Source of the DNA: a virus
Virus record (IMG/VR): IMGVR_UViG_3300020411_003820
Coordinates: 1 to 64,000 of that record
Direction: 5' to 3' (one strand)
Length of the DNA: 64,000 nucleotides
Shown in pieces: positions 43,846 through 56,900 of this stretch; positions within the stretch are counted from its first letter, which is position 1; each line of letters starts with the position of its first letter. The notes beneath the pieces were generated by a model. It searched no databases. It was not told the DNA's origin and saw only the letters and a list, made by a program, of their open reading frames with translations. Made by a program: the position numbers and the translations under genes.

Positions 43846-44957
43846 ATTTCAGGTACTCCTGCGTTTTCTCCATAAATATCGCCAGCGCCGGCGCCGGGTT
43901 GACTTGATAATGAATCTGAGGCAGCGTTGTCGCCCGCACTTGCAACACCATAAATGTCAACATTTACATTAGTGCTATCCGAATGAGTGCAATCAAAATC
44001 AAGATCAACATAAAACGATTCTTTATTAAACATTGTTGCACCGCGACAAGCAACTGTTCTGTCAACTTCTTTATCTTTAAGCATATCAAAATAATATTCA
44101 ACAGACTGAGTTGTTTGATCTTCGGGGTTGACTTGGTGACGTGGTATTTTTTCGGACATCATTAAACCATCAATAATTTGTGGTTCTTTTTTATTGTAAT
44201 ATTTTCTTTTTAAAAATTTTATTACAAGGGGTTCACCATCTATAAGCTTCTTATCTTTAGGTTCATGTTCTGCATATTCAAAAACTTCAATATCAAAATT
44301 TTCAGTTAATAGCTGCGTATTAACTTCTTCAAAATATAAAACTGGACTAGTTCTTTCCAAATAAACAACTTTATTATCTTCCAAAGGGCTTGTTACTAAT
44401 TGAACATCTAGAGGATCTTGCGATTTAAAAACCTTATTGTTGTTATATTCATCAGCATCCATCACTTTTAACACATAACTAGAGCTAATGTTAATCTGCG
44501 GTATTCTGTTTTCGTTTTTGAAATCCATAAAATGTGACGAACTTATTTGCCCTTGTAATGTCACAACTTTCCACGATGGTGCGACCCTAGATTCACCTAA
44601 CAAAAACGCATCTCCCAATATTTGATCAAAACGATAGAATTCAGTACTTTGCACTTCTTCTCTTGGCCTTACATCACCGGGCTTAAATTCCATCTCATCA
44701 ATTGCATCATCTAATCCATAATCTTCCAAATCTTGAAATAACACAAGCCCTTCGAGATATTGTGTATCTTCTTTGATTCTTTTTCTAGCAGAGCTTTGAG
44801 TCTCAGATATGCCGGCATAAGCAGCATCATAGATAATATTGTCATCTAAAAAAGCATAATATTCTGGCTTAAAAGTGCCAGCACCAAGAAGATATTTACC
44901 ATGGGAGGTAAGCTTTAATTCAATAACTTCTTCTTTTTTGTCTAATAATCTAGCCAT
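43833..44957 (-). CDS. Virion tail/baseplate protein
   Basis: N-terminal VIELKLTSHGKYLL..G.FKPEYYAFLDDNIIYD, paralogous to the N-terminus of 32755-33783. Confidence 0.6.
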   Translation of the reverse strand: MARLLDKKEEVIELKLTSHGKYLLGAGTFKPEYYAFLDDNIIYDAAYAGISETQSSARKRIKEDTQYLEGLVLFQDLEDYGLDDAIDEMEFKPGDVRPREEVQSTEFYRFDQILGDAFLLGESRVAPSWKVVTLQGQISSSHFMDFKNENRIPQINISSSYVLKVMDADEYNNNKVFKSQDPLDVQLVTSPLEDNKVVYLERTSPVLYFEEVNTQLLTENFDIEVFEYAEHEPKDKKLIDGEPLVIKFLKRKYYNKKEPQIIDGLMMSEKIPRHQVNPEDQTTQSVEYYFDMLKDKEVDRTVACRGATMFNKESFYVDLDFDCTHSDSTNVNVDIYGVASAGDNAASDSLSSQPGAGAGDIYGENAGVPEICQD

Positions 44958-44994
44958 CAGTATTAATTAGCCTCTCTAGATATTTTTAAATTCA

Positions 44995-47900
44995 TTACTT
45001 CTTACCGCCTTGATTGCCGCCGCCTTGGTTTGAACCTCCTGACTTGTTAAAGCTGTCACCGAATAAGCCAGTTGAAAAACTTGGCATAGAAAATTTAACT
45101 CCTGTAGGTTGTTTAATTGGATCCTTGGGTTCAGGATTTGTGGATATATCTTCTCCAGATTCGTTTAAATTCAAACGTTCTAGAGCATCATTGACGGCGA
45201 TTTGCGGTGTTATTCCCACAGAAATTTGTTTAGCTATTAATTTTGGATCTGGTAATTCTTCGTTGTCTTTTTCGTAAGGTTTAGATTGTTTTTCATCGAT
45301 TTCTTCCATAATAAGGTTTGTTGTTTTAACAACCTTGTCATCATATAAGACTTCAATCTCAACTTTTACACCTTCGACAATTGAAAGATAATCGTATGGC
45401 CAGTTATACTGTAGTTCATAGGTGTTTTCTCTAATAACACCATTTCCATCTGTATCGTCTAAAACGTTTTCAGAAAAATCTAGATTATATTGCAAACTTT
45501 TACTAGCGATATCTTCTAATGTGTTGGCTGTCTTTTGTTGGGCGCCCACCTGTGTTGCAACGTGCGAGAAATAATCACCAGTAGCTTTTTGTTTAACTTT
45601 GAAAAACATCCATTGTACATCTTTATCTAAAAGTTCTTGTGCATCTAGCAACTCAGTGTTGTTTAGTTCATGAGCAATAGAAGACTCTTGAAAACTTACC
45701 TTTTTGTAATTTCGTGGCGCTATGTTTTGCCAAATATACGACAAATCATCTTTATCAAGCTTATAGTGAAAATCAAAAATGTACATGGCAATTGGCGGTG
45801 CAGCTGGGTTTCTTAAGAAATCAAATTGTGGAGGTAAAATGTATTTCTTCATTTTTCTCACCAATCTTCTAATTGACTCACCAGCAACATCTAGAGACTG
45901 CCCAGTATCAGTTTGAGAATTTGCCGCTAGAGCCGCAGCTACTCGGAATGGCTCAATTCCAAAAAATTCTTTTCTAGTTCTATTGCTTTGAACGTTAGCT
46001 TGAGAAGCGTTTCCAACTAAAACATTTCTATATGGAATTCCAACGACAGCTTCGCGAATAACTTTGTATCTTGCTATTTCACCGAGTCTTACTGGTGTCT
46101 TTTTAAATTGGAAAACGTCCGCAAGTGATTTCATATCAGAATGTATATTAGCGCCGTTAGCATCAACATCATTGCCGTTGTATAATGAGCTTGTTTGACG
46201 GACCATATAATGGTATTTCAGCCAGTTTTTCGGAATATCAGACATTTCCATAAAAATGCCGCGGTTTTTGTCAGGCTCTAAATACCCAAATTGATGCCAC
46301 ATACCGTGAGGCACAGAAGCGCTGGCGAAGAGAGGCACCGATCCTTCACTGAGTGCGCCTATGTGAGATGCGGGTCTGTACCTAGAGTTAAAGTTAAGCA
46401 TTGGTGTTTCAAATTTTGGCTTAATGACCCATCTTGTTGCTTTAGTTTCGTTGCGCTTCGCATTAGGGTTTCCAAACTGATCTGTTTCCAAGAAACTTTC
46501 TTTTCGAATTCCAAAAACATTCAAACTAGCAGACACTTGCATTGCACTAGCATTAACGTTGCGACCATCATAGATGCACTGTTCCCTGTGAGAACTACTG
46601 ATATATGCGGGGGTACCGGTGTGGCCGTGTCCATCTTTACTGATTACAGGTCCGGGATCAACTCGCCAACATTGATGTTCTACTTCTTCTAAAACTTCTT
46701 CTAACGTATATTGTGTTTTGTTTGGCCTGAACACCAAATCCATCCAAGCCTCACCGTGATAATATGGAGGCGTATAAGCCCAGTTGTATCCTTCAAGCGA
46801 ATCTTTGATTCCGTACATGGAAGCTGAGGCAGCGCGGTGCGCATTTGTAAGCACTCTACCGGACACTGGGGGTCCAAATGCGGACGGTCTACTGTACATA
46901 GTGTAAGATTCTCTTGTGATATCTCCATTTTGAGCAACGTTGTTAGCACCAAGAGAACCTGTAAATTTTTGAGCTATGTATGGGTGTATGGGATCTTGTG
47001 GTAATTCGTAGCCGGCGCCGGATACAAACGCTTGGATACGCGTATCGAAAAAGCGACCTCCAAGCGGGGAATAGGCGCCATTAGGATATGTACTTCCCCA
47101 TGCATCGCGATCGAAAGAATAGTAACGCCGTGTAGCGCCAGCAATAGGCGTGGTGCCTTGTTCGTTGTCACCTGTGTCGCCGGCGCCACCGGTGGTATTA
47201 ATATCTTGAATTGATTGGAAGGTACCGAGAGATCTTTTAAGCCTCAAGCGAGCGCCATATACTGTTCCTGATTTAAATGTAATAATATTGTCATCAACTC
47301 TACCAGAAACTAATTCCGTGTAGGTTCTACCTCTTAAGAAAAAGTTAGCTGTTTCTCCAAAAAAGTTTCTTGCCATTAATGTGTAAAAGCTGTCGTTATT
47401 ATTAGATACTAGTGAGGCACTGAAATCAACAGTTGCAGATGGGTGAGGTTCTAAATCGGCAAAATCTTCTCCAAGCATTGAGCCTTCTGGGGCCAAAATT
47501 GTTTCAAAAGGTAACCGAGTGTCCCAGAATGGTGTGCCGGATTCCCATGGCGCATTACTCTGTGCTGGTTCAAGCACTGATGCTGTACAGTGAATCATAT
47601 ATGTGTGCAGGTCAACTGCGGACTCCATTCCAGCATATTCATCAAAATTGCTAATTCTTGCGTAGTCCTTGGCGTTTCCTTTATATAATGAGCCAAAAAT
47701 AGCAGGCCAGTCAACAGCCATACCAGATTTAATTGAATTAAATAAAATTCCAGGCATAAATAAAGGTTGATATACGGGACGCGCATTACCAAACAGTGCG
47801 CCGGCTGGTAGCCAGTCTGTACCGTCGTGTTTACCTTTTGTTCTTTTTGTTTGTATTGAATTGTTGTAGGAGCTACTAAATTGTCTAACCAAGTCAATTG

Positions 47901-50900
47901 TTCTTTGTGCTGGATAAAAACCCTTGTATGGATTCCACTTCTTCACCGCTTTCACAGAAATTTTTATTTCTTTAGCGGTTAAGTTAGTTTTAAGACCTTG
48001 CTGCCTAAAAAATTGCATTTTTGAAGAATCCATATATTGTTCAAAGAATGCGCCTGTTACACTAGTAATGCCAGTGCCCGGAAGCGTAAATGTATCAAAT
48101 TTGTCATTATCATCAATATCAAATTTATTATATTCAACAATATTATCACTTATTCTAAATTCAGGAATTACGACATAATCTTTAGCTATGTATCTTAAAT
48201 CTAGTCTAAAATCTTCGTAATTATCATACCACGGCTTAGATGGTTTTGAAATGAATGTGAAAGCTTTACCTGATTTTCTTAAAATACCAGCTTGTTCGCC
48301 AGCTTCCCACAAGGCTTCACCGCCGTTAACAAACACACTTTGCGTCAGCAACATTCCAAGATTTGCGGCGCCTCTGTATAAAGAAGTACCGATGCCAGTG
48401 ACACCTAATGTTCCAGTAGTTTTAATTTCCATACCTGTTGGGTTTCCTACTGATAGAAACGGACTCAGCATGTGTTTTCTAGCATACAGGGCACCGACGT
48501 TAAGAAAAGAAAACTGTCCGTCGTACTTAGAGCCTCTTCCGCCGCGGGTAGCATCGTGAGCAAAGTGAGCATGTCCCTGACAGTTTTGAAGCTCACCCGC
48601 TGCATGTGATATAGCTATCTGCACGTTTGGATATACTGCAGAAGCCACAGTACTGTCGGCACTGACACCACCAGCATGGTTGAAAGGTCCAGCACGAAGA
48701 TAGTTTCTATTAACACCAGCACCCTTAAACGGGGATGGTCTTTGTGACGCTGTGTGAAGCCCAACTACTGTATTTGAACCTACAATAGAACCAGAACGAA
48801 CTAAAAAGTTTGCCGGTGCATCGAGTGGCCAACAACTTCGGGATAAATAGTCTGTCCGACCGCTCGCCAAAAATTGTGCTGCTGCGTTGCGTCCGACAGA
48901 CGGATCAGTAGCATTTCCTAATTCGTTTCTTAAGCGGCGTTCATCTCGCCACATTTGCATATCATAGCCGGTTCTTTTTTGTGAATGACTAACAAATTCA
49001 TTTCTTGCTGACGGGTATACTTTTTCAGTATATGACATCCAGTTTAATCCAAAATCTCTGTGTTTGCTTGTCATTAGTAATATGTGATCAAGTGGAGTAA
49101 CTATTTCTTTTGGGTTAATCTTTGTAAGGTTATTTAAGCCAATACTATTGAACATAATTTTTTCATTAATATCAGTAACCTTAAGGGTAATTGATGGGTT
49201 TGCAGATTGCGGATTTGCACTGTTTCCGCATTCTTCTAGAGGATCATAAGGAGTATAATTAACCAATGTGGGGCGAGCGCGCATTGAAACAGGCTTCAAA
49301 GCATATTTTTCAATTTGCCCTTTTGCTCTATTATAAACACTAATCGTACTAGAAGATCTTTCCATTCTTAAAACAGGATGTTGTCTATTTTTTCGTGCCA
49401 TTGCAAATGTGCTGTATCCATATGGTCCATTTCTTTTAAGCATCAGTGTATTGAAAAGATAACCTTGCAATTGGCCATCTGCGGCATTTGCTTCCCCGGG
49501 GAATGAGGCTGAAACACCGCCTCGCACATACGACCAGAAGCCTCCATAGCCCTCATCCGGCGGCTCAAAAAACCTGACATTTCGGTATTGATCACCTGGC
49601 GCGGTGGTGCGGTCGATGGTTCTGAAGACCGGAGTTCCCATTGATGCAGATTTGACTAGCTCTCCGGGGTTCCCTTCCGGTTTTGGCACTGAGTGCACTG
49701 CTGTGGCCCATCCTAAAGTGTTTACCATGCTAGCACTCTGCTCAATTGGTTCGTAAATAATTGTATTTAAGCCAGCAAAATCTTGACCTTTAAAATCGTC
49801 CGAAAAAGCGTTGGAGCTATATTTTATAGCTCCTAAAAGTGCAAAATCGGGACGGCGAAACAGGCTGGTATTGGTATCTCTTGTATAGCCAAATTCAGAT
49901 TCACTCAAAAATCCAAAATATGGCTCATAAACTGTAACACTTTCAGTAGTATTAGCATACATCCCTTGTTGTGGTCCAAATATTGGCATATAGCCGCTAA
50001 AACGCACATTTCGAGGATCTTGATCCTCAATTGCGCCGGTTATCCATGCGTACTGTCGATCATTTCTAGGTATCATGTGCTGGACAAAAAAGTTGTCATT
50101 TTCGGCACGTGGTTCGTATACGTAGCGCACTGACGCTGACTGACCAAGCACTAGCGGAGGACAGCCGGTTTTAGGTGTCGGGAATACTCCCGCGTTCAAA
50201 GAATTTTGTGTTTGACCCACTGGGGTTGTTAGCGCAATACCTAGGTATTGATTTTGATTAACGCTTACTGGAAAAAGATGATTTTCATCTGCAATTACGT
50301 TGAAAATAGCATTTGAAGCCGATGCGAATGAAGTCGTTCGACTGGAGGCTACTTTGTCAGTATTAGCAGTTTGCTGGTTTTGGGACGTCGAAGGGCGTGA
50401 GGCTTCGCCAAGTTTGTACCATGCGAACAGATTAGCAGTATTATCAGCATAAGCAGTAGATGATGTAATATCGCAAGGTATGCCGGTATTATATAATTCA
50501 GTAACCTCAGTAGAATTTAGTGCTGTTGTCCAAATTGATATTTGATCCATAGCACCTGAGTATCCAAAAGATGCCAAATTATTGCCACCCTTCGTTGGGT
50601 CTCTACCAAACGCAAAACTAGCGGTACCTTGGCGTACCATATTTCCGCCAAGTCCCAATATATCAGTACCTACTTGCGAATTTTCAACTTTTCTATCCCA
50701 GTAGGCTGCAGGAGATGTGTCTTCTTCGACTGGTTGCGCAACACCATTAAAATAAATAGAAGGTGCTGCAGGTCCGGTATAGGGATAGGAAGAAGAAACA
50801 GGAACAGATACAACAAGATGAATCCATTCCCCCTCATTCAAAGCTTTCACCTGATCCGTGGGGTTTTGATTTGCAGTATTAACTTTCCATACTGCGCGAG

Positions 50901-53900
50901 TGGGTGAACCGGCGCTGTAGGTAACATTCGTTCGAGTGGAAATTTGAACACTAAGACTAGCACTAACTTTTGATATTTCAATAAATGGCTCACTTTGTGC
51001 TGCGTCCTTTCCAACTCCAAAGAAATATTGATGACCAACATTTTGTCTGGCAGATGACTCGGCACATCGAACCCAGCCACTATAAGTAAAGCCGGCAGGT
51101 CTAGACGCGCTTAAAAATCGAGCTGCGGTATTGTTTAGCTCTCGACCGTCAGCATTAAGCAGCATTGAACCATGTGTTTCAGGTGTGAAAAAATACAGTG
51201 CCTTTGTATTTTCGTTTCCTCGATGTTGAAAAATAGTTGAGATGTCATGAGTTTCTGATTTAATGCCAATCGATGCGCCCGAATTTCTATGAATTTTGTG
51301 AAAGCTTGGTAACTCTTGAACAACATTAAGATTGTCGGAATATCCGGGGCCGCGTTGTTCTTCATACTTTGACGCATTGTAAATAGCTGCAATTTCCTCG
51401 CTGGATAGCACTTTATTCCAAATAGCAGTATCTGCTATATTGCCTTGGAAAGCATATTCGTTTTTTAAGGTCGGGTGGGCTAAGTTACCAATCAAGCATC
51501 GGGGGAACCCATGGGTTACAGATTGTCCAGCTCCATACCAATCTGTCATGTCGGCATTAGCAATGCTGTCACCGCCATTTACTTTAGGACCTACGAAACT
51601 AACCTCAGAACCATTAATATAGCATTTTGGATTATTTAAATTAGATGTTGCATCATAGGTAACAGCTACATGTGACCAAACATTATAGTTAACAGCATGT
51701 GTGTTGAACCATACGACCTGAGTTTCGGAGCCGGTGGTGTTCCAGTTGGTCATAAACCCAACATATCCGACGTGGTTTGTAAATATATCTATTGTCTTTC
51801 CCATTGAAAAAATGCGTGAAAATCCAGACGATCCTGCGGCAATCGGATAAATCCATGCAGCAAATGTCATTTTTTGAGTTGAGCCGCTGGCTGGGCTGTT
51901 ACCAATTAATCCATTCCACATGATAGAGGAACCAATATCAATTTCAGTAGTGTTCACTCCGTTTGACTGAGTAAAATTGTTGAACGCTGCAGAGCCTGTT
52001 TGAATCCAGTCTGATGGTCCTAAATTGCCGGAGAAAAACGGACGAAATAGAGAACCAGAATTAAACGTACCATCGCGGTTATTACCGCTTGAATCAACCG
52101 CAGTGCCAGAAACAGCGAGCGTATAAAAGTTATTGTCTAGTCTCCACCATCCCATCACTTTATCACCAGAGCGATAAATCTTTTTATCACCAAATCCGAT
52201 AAATGGTTTAGTTAAGTCGTAAGCTAATCTTCGACTGTCAGACGGATAGTACAAACTATCTCTTCCAAACCTAGCAGAAGCGCGGGCCAAATGTGCAGTT
52301 AATCCATAATCCAAACCATGTATATCGCTAATTTGAATATTTGTGGTGTCACCATTCACTAATACGTTACTGATAGACGTCGGGTTTTGGAAAGGTGCTC
52401 TGACAGTCAAGTTTCTATAGGGTATCGCATTGTACACTGAGAATTCCGTTGACCTGAAGTCCTGATAGCCTTTAGTATCGACTTCAATACCGCCGCCGTG
52501 AGAAAATCTTTGGATGAAAACTGACTTGTTTTTAGCACCAGTAAGGTATGCAGTAGAATAATCTGCTGCGCCGGGGCGGCCATCTGCAATTCTTTTGATA
52601 TCTCGTATTGTTCTAATAGATGTAGCTTTGTTTGAGTTCGAGTGGTGATTCAATACGACAGTTTCACCAACAGAACCTGTAACAGTGAAATTTGGTGGCC
52701 CATCACGGAAGCCAATTGGATTTGACCACGCACCAACTGTCTGGATAAATTCATATGTATTTCTATAGTTACCCAGTCTAGTTGGGAATGTTCCACTTGG
52801 ACCGGCACGGAGTTGAATGTTCTTGATATTAAACGGCTGCTTAATCATCATGCCGCGGTACCAAGGTGCCTTCAACGATGCTGTTGCAGGATATGGAAGC
52901 TTGCCAGTTTCGTAACCTGCGTTTGGTAACGGATAATCAGGTCCGACCATACCAAGGACGCCAGATCCAAACATTTCGGTGTTAGTACCATGTGGTGCGC
53001 ATGCTTCACCAGTAGGATATCCTAATTGTATTTTCCAAGCTTCAGGTCGATTTGTTTCGTTATCATTGCCAATATTGATAGGAACATGTCTAGATTGATG
53101 ACCACCAACCACGTGCTCGGTAAAAATTGTTTGCATTGGCTTTTCCATATCCTCGCCATACACATCATGATGAAGATTGGTAATTTCAATATTTCCTGTT
53201 ACTCTTTGAACAACAAGGCGATTGTATCCGGTTGTAACACTAGAACTAACTATGTTGAAGGGAAACGCTGATAGTGCATCGATTGTCGAATATCCATCCA
53301 CATCTCGACCATGCTGGACTCGAACATTTAATAAAACTTTTTCACTAGGGCGATTTCTATATAACTGATCATTTGCGTGAGGCTCAGGACCATAAACTAA
53401 CCCTCTTTTATATCTTGTTTCACGTATTAGATCTTTTAAAGTTCCATCGCGATTTAAAAACTGTGCAAACAATACGTTTTCTGGAATGAAGTTGCCACTT
53501 TCTTGATTAATTCTGCCAGCTGGTCGTAGTGCATTATAAGCATAATCAATTCTCTTTGCATGCCTAAAGTTTACGCCACCTTTGATAGTTTTCATCGGTG
53601 AATAAGTTGTTAAATAATCTGATTCTACAATAGCGTCAAATTTATATGGTAAAGATAATTTACGTTTAATGTATGGAGTTCTTAAATAAGAATGTCCCGT
53701 AACAATATCTTTTTTGCGTTCTTTTTTCTGATTATTATCGTTTGCAATAGTTTCTCGATAAATGTCACGTGAACCATCCAGATCACTGTCGCCAGCGGAA
53801 ACCGGAGACATATTAACATCACGCTCTGCTCTATCGCGCCACCAGTCAGGATTAGTTGTTGTTTGATTATTTAGCGGGTGATGGTTGTGACTCCATTGAT

Positions 53901-56900
53901 AAAGTCTTTCCCTAATTCCAAGCATGGGTGAAATTGGATCTTCTTGTTTAAATTCAATAGTGGGAAACATTGTTTTATATTTGTTTCTTTCAAGCACGTG
54001 ACTTTCAACAACATTCATTGTGTTGTCAGCAAACTTACTCGCGGCCGGAACCATTTGTGATACAATTTTTGAAATTGCATCGTCAAACCACTTATAATAT
54101 TCAACGTATTTTTCAACTTCTTTAGTCTGGTTTACTCTTTTGAAAAACTGTCTACGTAAATGCCCCATTGCCTTATAGCTTTCACGATATCTATTGACAG
54201 GCTCTCCAATTAAGTTGTGAAAATCGATTGCACCAGCGAAAAAAGTTAACATTTCTTCGCTTATAGCATCGTACATGCTTTTCTCTAACGTGTTGTAGAA
54301 GTTTGGCACCGTGCTAGCAAAGCCATATACCTCATCATCATTTGTTAAAACTTTAACCATGTCGGATGAAGTAGCTTGCTCGGGATCAATAAATTTAAAT
54401 GTATTTACTTGTTGTTTTGATTTTATAGAAGTGCTGTTTTCATCAAATCCAAAACCATAACCTTTGTGTAAAAATCCTCCAACGCCACCAAGCCATCCGT
54501 TTTTTGCACCATCTGCCGCAGAGCCAGAACTCATATCTTGTGTGAAAAAGCGACCATTACTATCAGATGAGGTTAAATCACTAAAGTTCCAGTACATGGC
54601 TAATGTATCTTTGTTTAACATTTCATGTGGCATATTGGAACTGCTAACATAAGGGGCTAAATTTCTAAATGATCCAGAGATACCTACATTATCTATATCT
54701 AATGCATGTTGTCTTAAAGTATCTGTGTCTAGGTATTTTGCCCAATACTTTACTGCAGACACCAAGACATCACTTCTATAGTTCAAAGTACCAGTAAAGT
54801 TTGTTCTGTTGGCGCCGACATATGGTCTTTTGGCCGAAGATACCATTCTATCACCAACATCTTTTGCAACAGATGCTGTTATTACAAATGTGTCACTGAC
54901 AGTTCCAAGATTTGTATTAATTCCTTCAAAAATTAAATCATATGTGTAATTTGATAGATTGCCAGCAACAAAAGTGGCATATGGATATGTACTCGGCTTC
55001 AATCTCACAGATATATTCCAATCAGAATTACTGTACACGTCCGTAAAAACACTACTTGTCAATTCATAAGATGGCAACAGTGATGACGTTAGTGAAAAAT
55101 AAACACTTTTTGGATTATCCAGCACCCTGTTAGCATAAACTTGGAAATCAGCGCCGCCATCTTCGAACATCCACTTAAAATCAGTAGCTCTGTCAACACT
55201 AGCAGAGTAAATACCAAACAAAGAAGATCTTTTAGTAGAGGTACGATCAATGGGATCTATACCTTCGTAAAAACGAGGAAACCTGATGTTAGCCTCCATA
55301 GTCATTCCAAAGCCAGATTCTAATTTTAAACTAGTTCCTGAGCCTGATATAAAACCTCTAGAGTTTGAGGTATCATCCGGGTCTTGCCTCAAAAAGCACA
55401 CTGAACCTATGTTTTTTGCTGCATTAAACAACAACATGTTTCTGTTTTTTAAAACTTGTACAGAATTTGTATCAAGGTCGTATACTGAATTATCGACATA
55501 TGTTTTAAATTTGATTACAGAATCGTCTAGATAGAAGCACCTAAGTATGTTTTTTACAGCTCTTTCAGTACCCTTACTTTTATAAATGCTAGACATATTA
55601 TTGTAAAGATTTTGATAAATGAGATTTTTTGTTTGTGTTAAATCGCCAGAAAACCTAAATTTATCCGATGCATTTAAAAAAGAATTTACAACATTTGATT
55701 CAATAAATAAGTTTGGTGTATCAAGACCCAACGACTCAGGCAAGTGTTTTGCAAAAGATATTGGAGTAAATGATGCACTAGTATTTTGTATACCCTTGAA
55801 CGTTGGAAGCGCCTCGATTAAATTATAAATTTTGTCAAAATACGAACCAAGTATATGAGAAATTATCTCAGGATTTTCATTACCATGATCTTCGTGTTCT
55901 GCCATAATCCAACTTGGCATGTAACTGAAAAAATTAGTGTTGTTGTTATAGTCATGGATAGAACCAGTATTATTTAATCCATTTTTTAATTCTACAACGT
56001 CTGGATGTGTGATGTAGATAATTGGATCTTTATATTCAATAGTGCTGGCAGATGACTCTATCATAGCAGAACTTAGTGATCTTGAGGCTGTTCCTGTCCA
56101 TGTTCCATTAGATAGTCGGCCGGAATAATCTAAAACGTTGTTGTCTAAGGCTGTTGAGTTTGCAACACCTTCGTTAAATTTATAATAAACACCTAATGTT
56201 GTATTAGATATATCCGAGTTGGTTCCGCCTCTTACTTGTTTAAACCAATTTTTTCCAATATCAGCGGAGCTTCGCGCCTCCTTCCAATATCTAAATTCAT
56301 CTATAGAGCCAGTCAAAGTATGTGTATTGGCTGTTCTTGTAGAAGCTGCAGCATCTGACCTAAACGGCACTGTTACCAGCGAACCTATACGACCAACCAT
56401 ATCTTTAGGTGGCAATTCACCAATTGCCAAGTTTGAATTAATTACAGTGTGATTTTCATAACCATTAACGTATAGTTTAGTAACAAAATCAGAACCAGAA
56501 TTGTGAAAAACAAATGCATAATGTTTCCAATCGTCTAAGGCAGTTGATAAAATATTTTGCCCAATTGATTGTTGGAATAGTGTTCCCGACCCGGGCATGC
56601 CAGAAGTCATACTTCCAGATTGAACAGTAAATCTGAACGGTGATGCACTAGAAGCACTTAAAATCTCAATAGTCATCCGTCCCATGTCGACGGTGCCGGA
56701 TGCATTATTGTTCCACATATCAAAAATTACTGAGTTAGAATTTTCGGCTATGTCTTTACTCTTTAGCCAAAATTCAACAGTAACACCACTATCAAAATTT
56801 GCTCTTAGATTAGATTGGCGAGAACCGGTGCCATATGTGTTTGGTAATCCTGCAGATTCATATATGTTTTCATCATAAACATTAGCGAAAGATCTTTTTG

